In this document: in pieces, positions 26,268-33,750 of the stretch
How positions within the stretch are numbered: position 1 is the first letter of the stretch
Layout of the letters: each line of letters starts with the position of its first letter
Source: an uncultured bacterium
GTDB taxonomy: Bacteria; Chlamydiota; Chlamydiia; Chlamydiales; VFKH01
Direction of reading: 5' to 3'
Length of the DNA stretch: 64,000 nt
Assembly: GCA_964596685.1 (NCBI GenBank)
Contig: CAZQVA010000001.1
Coordinates: 64,881-128,880 of the forward strand
The notes under the pieces: generated by a model
What the model saw: only the letters and a program-made list of their open reading frames with translations
The model's database searches: none
Told to the model about the DNA's origin: nothing
Made by a program: the position numbers and the translations under genes

Positions 26268-27276
26268 TTAAAACCTCTCTTACCTCTATACGATGCATAC
26301 ATCTAAAATCAATGGGGCATACCCTTTTAAAACAGGGGGAGCAATGAACTGCCTTGTAAAGAATAGTTGCTCGCCCCAATGGACCTGTGACTACCGGGTC
26401 TGTAGAACCAAAAATTGCCACAACAGGCACATTTAATGCGGCTGCCAAATGCATGGGGCCACTGTCATTGCTGACAAATAGCTGACACACTGAAATAGCT
26501 GCCATTAACTGTCTTAAATTAGTTGTTCCCGCTAAATTCAATAATCTTTCACCCGCATGGGTCATGCGCTTTTGACAGGCAGAAAAGAGAGTAGAAATAT
26601 AGGGAGCGCTCTTTTTATCACCAAAAAGGACAACGCCAATTGTCCGATCCTTAAGAAGCGTTACAATCAATTCTTCGAAACACTCTTGCGGCCAACATTT
26701 TGCTGGTCCATAAGCGGCTTGCGTATTAAAACCAATCCAGCGAATCTCAGGATGAAGAATGGCGCGCGCCTGCTCTTTTTCTTCATCACTCATAAAGAGA
26801 GCGGGCAAAGCATCGAGACGCGGCGCTCCAAGTGCCCATACAAGCTCATTATAGGTAGTAACCAGATGTTGCTTTGTACGGAGAGAAGAAAATTTGATTG
26901 AATGCGTCAACAAGGCATGCCGCCAGCAGGCGCGATATCCAGCGCGCAAACGTACACCTGCCTGCCAAAACCAGTAGGCAGAGGAAAATGAATTGGTTAA
27001 CAACACCCCTAAGTCATATTTTCCCTGACGTATTTTCAGGATTGTCTGCCTTTGTACTTGACGATGATAAAAACCACTCACTACTGAAAACCCAAAGACT
27101 TCATTGACGCGCGGATCTTTCTCAAAAAGCCCAGTAAAGTGCTGCGGTAACATCAGAGTGATGAAGGCATTCGGCCAGTGCGCACGGATTAATGTAAGGG
27201 CAGCCGACGCCATTACACAATCTCCCAGCCAATTCGGCATCCTAACAATAATTTTATCGATTTTTTCTGCTATCAA
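26224..27276 (-). CDS. Glycosyltransferase family 9 (LPS heptosyltransferase-like)
   Basis: 350 aa. N-terminal KIIVRMPNWLGDCVMASAAL and C-terminal SNDSGPMHLAAALNVPVVAIFGSTDP are classic GT9 (RfaF/RfaC-type) blocks. Confidence 0.85.
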   Translation of the reverse strand: MIAEKIDKIIVRMPNWLGDCVMASAALTLIRAHWPNAFITLMLPQHFTGLFEKDPRVNEVFGFSVVSGFYHRQVQRQTILKIRQGKYDLGVLLTNSFSSAYWFWQAGVRLRAGYRACWRHALLTHSIKFSSLRTKQHLVTTYNELVWALGAPRLDALPALFMSDEEKEQARAILHPEIRWIGFNTQAAYGPAKCWPQECFEELIVTLLKDRTIGVVLFGDKKSAPYISTLFSACQKRMTHAGERLLNLAGTTNLRQLMAAISVCQLFVSNDSGPMHLAAALNVPVVAIFGSTDPVVTGPLGRATILYKAVHCSPCFKRVCPIDFRCMHRIEVREVLNAIEQYISYRRTSL

Positions 27277-27958
27277 TTTGACCTAAATAGTTGATCGCTT
27301 GATCCTCTTGTCTTATCACAAGAGCCAGTTGCCCTTGATAAGGGGCTGCATTTCCTTCTAACGCTATCCAATTTATGTGATCGAGCAAACGCAACCGTAT
27401 GAGAGCTGCTTTTGCCATGACAACTCCATCAAAAGCACCACTTTCTAACTGTGCCAACCTCTCATGAATTGTTCCTCGTATTTCCTTGATTCTAAAATCG
27501 ATGCGCAACCTACGAACCATCTCTTCTCTGCGCGCACAAGAGCAACCAATCCAAGCCTTATCGGGTAAAGTTTTTACAGTCAGACCATGCCGCAAGACTA
27601 ACACATCACAAGATTCGATTCCAGCAGTGATTGCAGCTACAACTAATCCATTGGGTAGTGGTTCTGGCAAATCTTTCGCGGAGTGAAGAGCCACTCGCGC
27701 CTTTCTGTGTAGAAGTAGTTGATCTAGCTCATAAGTAAAAAAATCGCTCTTACCCATGTTCCATAGTGATTTCTGCTTATCTTTATCCCCGCGACTTTCT
27801 ATCCATATAGGTTGCCATATGATCCGCTCAGGTAATGAGCGCATTATTTCCATGAATTCCCAAAATTGAGCCTGAGAAAGCGGCGAAGCTCGCGCTACAA
27901 CGAGACAGGGCGTTGAAAATAAGGTGTGTTCACTATCCCCAACAAATGGCAATGGCAT
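27254..27958 (-). CDS. hemC: Hydroxymethylbilane synthase (porphobilinogen deaminase), short form lacking the canonical C-terminal domain
   Basis: 234 aa. HemC blocks present: ARASPLSQAQ, SRGDKDK, ALHSAKDLP, PYQGQLALVIRQED. It ends about 80 aa before canonical HemC proteins do. Confidence 0.8.
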   Translation of the reverse strand: MPLPFVGDSEHTLFSTPCLVVARASPLSQAQFWEFMEIMRSLPERIIWQPIWIESRGDKDKQKSLWNMGKSDFFTYELDQLLLHRKARVALHSAKDLPEPLPNGLVVAAITAGIESCDVLVLRHGLTVKTLPDKAWIGCSCARREEMVRRLRIDFRIKEIRGTIHERLAQLESGAFDGVVMAKAALIRLRLLDHINWIALEGNAAPYQGQLALVIRQEDQAINYLGQIDSRKNR

Positions 27959-29300
27959 CTTCCACCCTCTCTACTGGGCATAATTTAATCTTTTCTTCCC
28001 ATTCTTTCGACAAACCTTTTAAAGAGTGCTTGGGAAGAAGGACTCTTTTAAAACCCATATGAACTGCCTCTTTAAGACGCTGCTCCAGTTTGTGTACGGA
28101 GCGCACTTCGCCCGTTAAACCCACTTCTCCAATCACAACAGTATGAGGATCGACAGAAGCATTCTGAAAAGAAGAAGCGATCGCCAAAACAACCCCTAAA
28201 TCAATTGCAGGTTCTGTGATACGTAAGCCCCCCGCCATTGAAACAAAAACGTCGCGTTGATAGAGGGGATAATTTAGGCGTTTTTCCAAAACAGCGAGCA
28301 AAAGAGCTAATCGATTACCATCAATTCCAGTCGAACGTCTAGAAGGAGAAGGAAACATTGTATGACTGACTAGAGCTTGTACTTCCACAAGAAATACGCG
28401 CGAGCCCTCCATTGTGGGCAAAATGACAGAGCCCACCATTCCTTGACTTCTTTCTTCTAAAAAGAGGGCTGAAGGATTAGCAACCTGTTCCAAACCATGT
28501 GTATGCATTTGAAAGACAGCCACCTCATCAGTGGGTCCAAAACGGTTTTTAACAACTCGCAATAAGCGAAATTGATTGTGCCGTTCTCCCTCAAAATACA
28601 GAACAGTATCCACAAGATGTTCTAAGACACGCGGCCCTGCAATTTCACCTGATTTTGTCACATGCCCTACAAGAAATGTGGACATGGCGCGCGATTTTGC
28701 CAAATGCATAAACTCTGTAGCCGCTTCCCTTACCTGAACTACAGATCCAGGCGCAGAAGGAATCTCTTCTTTGTAAACAATTTGTATGGAATCAACAATG
28801 AGAATATCGGGATTAATTTCCTCAACACTGCGCTTAATGGCTCCGACCTGTAATTCACTTAAAAAAAGCAAATTGTCACTATCAACATTTAAACGCCGGG
28901 CGCGCATCGATGTTTGTGCAACAGATTCTTCTCCACAGATGTATAAAACCGTTGCACCCGCCTTCGCGAGTTGGTTAGCAAGCTGTAGCAGCAGTGTAGA
29001 TTTTCCAATGCCTGGTTCTCCCCCAATTAATGTAAAGGAGCCAGGAGTAATCCCCCCACCTACGAGGCGATCCACCTCACTCATTCCTGTCGAGCTACGG
29101 TTATGCTCTTCAATCGGAATCTCTTTAATGCGCAAGGGTTTATTCACAGCAGGTGCTGATTGAAAACGACTGGGCAAATCCCATTCAATCTCTTCGCTTA
29201 GTGTGTTCCAAGCCTTGCACGCAGGGCATTGTCCCATCCATTTAAGCTGCTTGCCACCGCACTCATTACAACACCAAAAAACTTTTCTTTTTGCCGCCAT
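27933..29300 (-). CDS. radA: DNA repair protein RadA/Sms
   Basis: It has an N-terminal zinc ribbon (CNECG...CPAC), a RecA-like Walker A (GGEPGIGKSTLLLQ), a KNRFG motif and a Lon-like C-terminal domain. I prefer the Met at 29300 (MAAKRKVFWCCNECG) over the tracked start at 29345. Confidence 0.93.
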   Translation of the reverse strand: MAAKRKVFWCCNECGGKQLKWMGQCPACKAWNTLSEEIEWDLPSRFQSAPAVNKPLRIKEIPIEEHNRSSTGMSEVDRLVGGGITPGSFTLIGGEPGIGKSTLLLQLANQLAKAGATVLYICGEESVAQTSMRARRLNVDSDNLLFLSELQVGAIKRSVEEINPDILIVDSIQIVYKEEIPSAPGSVVQVREAATEFMHLAKSRAMSTFLVGHVTKSGEIAGPRVLEHLVDTVLYFEGERHNQFRLLRVVKNRFGPTDEVAVFQMHTHGLEQVANPSALFLEERSQGMVGSVILPTMEGSRVFLVEVQALVSHTMFPSPSRRSTGIDGNRLALLLAVLEKRLNYPLYQRDVFVSMAGGLRITEPAIDLGVVLAIASSFQNASVDPHTVVIGEVGLTGEVRSVHKLEQRLKEAVHMGFKRVLLPKHSLKGLSKEWEEKIKLCPVERVEDAIAICWG

Positions 29301-29484
29301 ACCGCCCTCAATTCTCCGGTGACAGTATAGATTTGTCTTGTACAAACTGCAACAGCATAAGTTTTAAACCGATGATCTGTAACACTAAATGGATAAAGAA
29401 AGCACACTCCTGGACTTTTGGCACTCTCATTGCATTAAAAAGATCAATCCTCTTACTGCAAATGTTATCCTTTGCCTGCCTGAT

Positions 29485-31065
29485 TTACTGACAAGCTCGA
29501 ATAAGAGTGACACCTACAGGATAATGGTCTGAAGGGTTATCAATATTTGGTAATGTAATTGTCGAGTCTGGTTTTTCTTCTCGAAACCCGACAGTTGAGT
29601 GGGTGATTTGGTAAAGACCGCCATTTTCAGGCTTTAGGATGATCACATAGTCCTCTTCATCAACTGCAAATCGTGCTGCTTTCGAATGTTGGGCTGTTAC
29701 CATCCGCTTTTTCACTGTAGTTGGCCCCACGTTTGTAGCGACTAGCCCAAGCGACTGCAACTGATTGCGCAGGAGTTCTACATCTTCCTTAGATTTTGTA
29801 TTCGCATCTATTCCAATTATTAATTGGAGATTCTTATTTTCTGGAAGCTTGGCAAGCTGATGAAATTTTTCTACAATTTTGGCAATTTGGAGTCGTCCGT
29901 CTTCTGCTCTAGTAGAATTTCCATGGCTTGATGCTAAAAGAAATTTTTCTTTAGTGTCCTTTTTTACCGCCAGGATAAGATTTAAACGCCCTCTTTCATA
30001 TCCTTCATAATCTTCAATAGAAATTATTTCATAGGATGGCTCCCAGACGTCTCCTCGTAAGAAAACAAATGTGCCATCTGCAGAATTTTGCAAATCAACT
30101 GGATGGAAAAGCCCCTCTTTAGCGAGAAGCTGAGGAACAATCGCATCACTTTCCTGCGTAAATACTATGCTGGCACCAGCGGCAACGAGCTTATCTCTAA
30201 ACGTTTTAGCTCTTTCGTTAGGATTTCCTAAAGTGTTAGCAAATATCTGTTTTACCTTATTAATTTGACAAATCATGGCTTCATCACGAGAAATCAAATG
30301 GAGGTTCAAGGATTGGTAGAGCCAATAAAAGAAAACCTGACCCGCTGGGGTTGTAAAAACAGCTAGATCAGCATTGTCTGCATCCCTTCCGAGGTATCGT
30401 TTTAAAAAGGACGGATCGAGTTTGTCAATGGCGTCTTGTAGTTTATCTTTTGATTTTACATTGCCAAGGGTTTCTTTTGTAAAGAGAGACTCCAATAGGT
30501 AAGCTTTTAACTCAAAAGCATTTTTACCTCTCAGTGGTTCAGTGGAGCTTAAGATAGGCAAATCAAAATCTCGACCGTCTCTCGCGGCTTTGTCGCGCAA
30601 AATTTTATCCAAACTCAGCAGGTCTGAAGGATTGTGTCGAAAAAATGAGAAGATTTTTTGATCTTGATAGCGATCTAGGAAGTAAAGAATATGAGCTAAA
30701 TCAGCTTCAGAAAAGCCATCATTTTCGAGTTCTTTCTGCTTTCTTACGAGGTGTTCGATTAAATCAGCAGAGATGAGTTGCCCTAAGGTAGGACCGTGGT
30801 CAAGGTCCTCTTGAATAGCCTCTTTAACAAGTTGTTGACGATATTGCTGAATCTTATCTGTTGACGGATTTTCGCATGTCATTTGTTGGAGGATTTGAAT
30901 GTCTGTCAGATTGGTAGCAATAGCTTCTTTAGAAACCACCTGTTCAAAAACATATTTTCGAATAGGGTTGATCTCATCTCCATAATTTCCATCAAACTCA
31001 AAAGGATCGTTGAATGAACCTAAAATATTTGATGTAAAAACAACAAGACATAGCAGAGAATTCAT
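29485..31065 (-). CDS. Secreted protein with C-terminal endonuclease/exonuclease/phosphatase (EEP) fold domain and an uncharacterized N-terminal domain
   Basis: 526 aa with a hydrophobic N-terminal leader (MNSLLCLVVFTSNILGS). The C-terminal ~250 aa carries EEP catalytic landmarks in the right order: FTQESD, ASSHGNS, IGIDANT, NPSDHYPV. The N-terminal ~270 aa has no motif I recognise. Confidence 0.7.
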   Translation of the reverse strand: MNSLLCLVVFTSNILGSFNDPFEFDGNYGDEINPIRKYVFEQVVSKEAIATNLTDIQILQQMTCENPSTDKIQQYRQQLVKEAIQEDLDHGPTLGQLISADLIEHLVRKQKELENDGFSEADLAHILYFLDRYQDQKIFSFFRHNPSDLLSLDKILRDKAARDGRDFDLPILSSTEPLRGKNAFELKAYLLESLFTKETLGNVKSKDKLQDAIDKLDPSFLKRYLGRDADNADLAVFTTPAGQVFFYWLYQSLNLHLISRDEAMICQINKVKQIFANTLGNPNERAKTFRDKLVAAGASIVFTQESDAIVPQLLAKEGLFHPVDLQNSADGTFVFLRGDVWEPSYEIISIEDYEGYERGRLNLILAVKKDTKEKFLLASSHGNSTRAEDGRLQIAKIVEKFHQLAKLPENKNLQLIIGIDANTKSKEDVELLRNQLQSLGLVATNVGPTTVKKRMVTAQHSKAARFAVDEEDYVIILKPENGGLYQITHSTVGFREEKPDSTITLPNIDNPSDHYPVGVTLIRACQ

Positions 31066-31540
31066 TTGAACCTATTTGTAAAAAGGTTTAGGGATACTCA
31101 GGATACCACCGTTTATCGCCAAGTTGCAGATCGAAGTCCAAATGCGCAGAAAAGACCAGAGACATTCGTAAGTTGCTTAACATACTCGATTCTTTGGTAA
31201 AAAACTATAATAGCATATTTTAATTTGTTTGTAAATAATATAGAGCCTTTTACAAAACCATCTACAATATGAAGTGCTGCAGATTGCGGATGATTGTGCA
31301 AAAGGCTCTATAGTTTAAGATATTTTTCGCACTGATCTGAGTTCACTCATTATTCGATTTGTTGTTTTTTTGATATTATCGCCGTCGCTTATTCATAGCG
31401 ATCATGAACCACCATATATGGCTGTGCACAACATGAATTCAACTTTGAATCAGCTTTTGATGGATGTAAGCGCGCGTCAGTATTTTAAAAATTGTTAGCG
31501 GTAATCGACTTCATATCCGTCACACGCTCCTTAAAACACA

Positions 31541-31567
31541 AAGGGCAATCTCAATGAGATTGCCCTT
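31541..31567 (-). terminator. Putative rho-independent terminator downstream of tRNA-Pro
   Basis: Perfect 12-bp stem AAGGGCAATCTC/GAGATTGCCCTT with a 3-nt loop. On the minus strand it is followed by TGTGTTTT. Confidence 0.5.
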
Positions 31568-31585
31568 AAGTCTTTAGAAGAAAAG

Positions 31586-31660
31586 TCTGGGTGAGAGGAT
31601 TTGAACCTCCGACCCCTTGCACCCCATGCAAGTGCGCTAGCCAGGCTGCGCTACACCCAG
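31586..31660 (-). tRNA. tRNA-Pro (anticodon GGG)
   Basis: Reverse-complement cloverleaf: acceptor CTGGGTG/CACCCAG, D arm GCGC-AGCCTGGCTA-GCGC, anticodon arm CTTGC-ATGGGGT-GCAAG, T arm GGAGG-TTCAAAT-CCTCT. Confidence 0.88.
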
Positions 31661-31667
31661 ATAAAAT

Positions 31668-31913
31668 TTAGATCTGTGTCAAACCTTCGAACTGAAACTC
31701 AGCTTTTTTGAAATCAGAAAGACCGATACGCGCACATTCTTCGATGATTTTTTCTAGCGTATCGCCAGGAGAAACTTCCGCGGCGCTAATATCAACCGCT
31801 AAAGAGGCTGTGAACGCAGTGCCGCCACGCACACCCTTTACTTTAAAGTTGGCATACATTCCCGCTTTTGATCGGGAAATACTTTTGAAACGTATCAAGT
31901 TGTTTGAAGTCAT
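31668..31913 (-). CDS. Hypothetical small protein (81 aa)
   Basis: An ORF of reasonable composition that ends 8 nt before the tRNA-Pro 5' end on the same strand. It has no recognisable motif, and coding status is unverified. Confidence 0.45.
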   Translation of the reverse strand: MTSNNLIRFKSISRSKAGMYANFKVKGVRGGTAFTASLAVDISAAEVSPGDTLEKIIEECARIGLSDFKKAEFQFEGLTQI

Positions 31914-31965
31914 TGTCTTTATCCGCTAAAAGATGATACTTTGAATCGAAATTTCTTGTCTAGCA

Positions 31966-32137
31966 CTAGCCTGGACTTTAGACAAAATCTAATGTTTTTA
32001 AAGCGGTAGCTCCAGGGTAGATTTGAGGCGGGGTGTCATCGTGTATAGCTTTAGCTATTCGCGATGATGCACCGCCTTGAAGATGCTCAAGAGCTATCCC
32101 TGTAAAAATACTAGATTTTGTCTAAAGTCCAGGCTAG
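31966..32137. mobile_element. 172-bp long imperfect palindrome (MITE-like / structured-RNA-like element) with perfect 26-bp terminal inverted repeats
   Basis: CTAGCCTGGACTTTAGACAAAATCTA at 31966-31991 is the exact reverse complement of 32112-32137. The interior is also largely self-complementary (for example GGTAGCTC/GAGCTATC and AGGCGG/CCGCCT). No ORF is present. Confidence 0.65.
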
Positions 32138-32198
32138 CCGCTAAGGCGTTTAAAAACACCACAGTCAAAGATTAATTACTTGTGATATACTTTTCAAC

Positions 32199-33353
32199 AT
32201 GTGTTTCCGCTTAGAAAATCATACTCCATTCACCCATTTGCTGTTTTTATCGGTTATTAGAGACATAAAAGTTAGCTCGAAATGCCTGCAAAACATCTTT
32301 TCAGCAGCAAAGAACACTCTCGTTGCGCATCAAAAACAGCTTGCTACGTCTCTGACAGGACGCATTACATGGATTAAAGATCACATCAATTATTACTGGC
32401 GCTATTTCTTAAGTCGCTTTCGCTGTATTGATCAACTTACAGCACCCCCCACTCTATCCCCTGCTAAACCTATTGATCAACTTGCTCATTTAAGAGCTGA
32501 AGAAAAGAGTTTTTCCACATTAATGAGCTGGCTGAAGACAATTGCCACAGATGACTCATTCAATGAGGCACTCCAAACTAAACAATCTACCACACTGCCA
32601 GGGGAAGCATTGCGCTCTCAAATATGCGCCATCGTTCACGCTCTTAGAGATGGCGACTATGCGTGGAATATAGAGTCCATTCATCTGAGCCGCCTTGACG
32701 AATTACTTGATAAGAATGGGGCTACTTTTCTATCGCACCATCTTCTTCAAACTTTTTCTAAAACAGAGATCAAGTGCTCTGAAAGAATACCTATAGCGAG
32801 AAAACCTTATGTAGCAAAGGCAGTGGAAATATTTTTACACCTTGCTACTGAACTGGCTCAATCATCCACAACAGAACCTGATAGTTTCGCAAAAGGTGCA
32901 TTACATCAATTAGCCAAAGAAAACTGGCAGCCCTTTGACAGCCACTTCCCCGACATCATTGCATTGGACATGTTTTATACATGTTTTAAGAGGCTACCTT
33001 CTATCCCATCAAAGGATGTTTTAGTTACATTCGAATATTTGCCAAACCAACCTGTTTTAAGAAACTTGCTTGAAGCCATCAACGATACGCGCAATGATCT
33101 TAATCATATTAAGAATGATCAGGGCAAGATTGCTTTCATAGGAGCCCGTCACCATCTGCAAAAGGGCGATAAACTTACATTGTTACAGGCCATGACGCTC
33201 TTTAAATATTTTAAGGAGTTACTAGGATTTCCCAAAGAGATCAGCCGTCTTGATCCAGAGATGACTCCAAAGCAGTATCTACAATGCCTTTGCGCCGCTG
33301 ACGAAAAAACTCTCGCAGCAAATGTGCCGATTCCTCAGCTAGAATCCCTTTAG
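32199..33353 (+). CDS. Hypothetical protein (384 aa), no recognisable domain
   Basis: A long ORF, predicted soluble and helical. The start is uncertain because no obvious SD precedes the ATG at 32199. Its 3' end overlaps the convergent tadA by 113 nt. Confidence 0.55.
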   Translation: MCFRLENHTPFTHLLFLSVIRDIKVSSKCLQNIFSAAKNTLVAHQKQLATSLTGRITWIKDHINYYWRYFLSRFRCIDQLTAPPTLSPAKPIDQLAHLRAEEKSFSTLMSWLKTIATDDSFNEALQTKQSTTLPGEALRSQICAIVHALRDGDYAWNIESIHLSRLDELLDKNGATFLSHHLLQTFSKTEIKCSERIPIARKPYVAKAVEIFLHLATELAQSSTTEPDSFAKGALHQLAKENWQPFDSHFPDIIALDMFYTCFKRLPSIPSKDVLVTFEYLPNQPVLRNLLEAINDTRNDLNHIKNDQGKIAFIGARHHLQKGDKLTLLQAMTLFKYFKELLGFPKEISRLDPEMTPKQYLQCLCAADEKTLAANVPIPQLESL

Positions 33354-33750
33354 AAACTTTGAGAGTATGAAAGGGATAAGGAGAAATCAATAAATTTGAA
33401 AAAGAACCCCCTGCACCCTGTCTTGGATCATCTGCACCCCAAACAACACGCTGAACACGGCTCAGCAAAATCGCACCGGCACACATGGGACATGGTTCTA
33501 AAGTGGTATATAAGGTGGTTTCTGGAAGTCGCCAATCCCCTAAAATACGCGCTGCCTCTTGCAAACACACCAGCTCGGCATGTCCCAGCACTGACTTGTC
33601 TTTTTCGACTCGATTATATCCACGCGCGATAATTTTCGCGTCATGGACGATCACAGCACCTATAGGCACTTCCTTCTCGGCAAAAGCTTTTTTAGCCTCC
33701 TCCAAAGCTTCATGCATAAAAATGAGATCAGACGAAGGCCTATCTTCCAA
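33241..33750 (-). CDS. tadA: tRNA-specific adenosine-34 deaminase
   Basis: 169 aa with the CDA zinc motifs HAELVCL and PCPMCAGA at TadA-typical spacing. Confidence 0.9.
   Translation of the reverse strand: MEDRPSSDLIFMHEALEEAKKAFAEKEVPIGAVIVHDAKIIARGYNRVEKDKSVLGHAELVCLQEAARILGDWRLPETTLYTTLEPCPMCAGAILLSRVQRVVWGADDPRQGAGGSFSNLLISPYPFHTLKVSKGILAEESAHLLREFFRQRRKGIVDTALESSLDQDG

Noticed and set aside
31113-31301. 62-aa ORF in the intergenic region upstream of the EEP gene
   Set aside because: It is an AT-rich, low-complexity translation with no SD or conservation signal. The region more likely holds the promoter and 5' region of the EEP gene.
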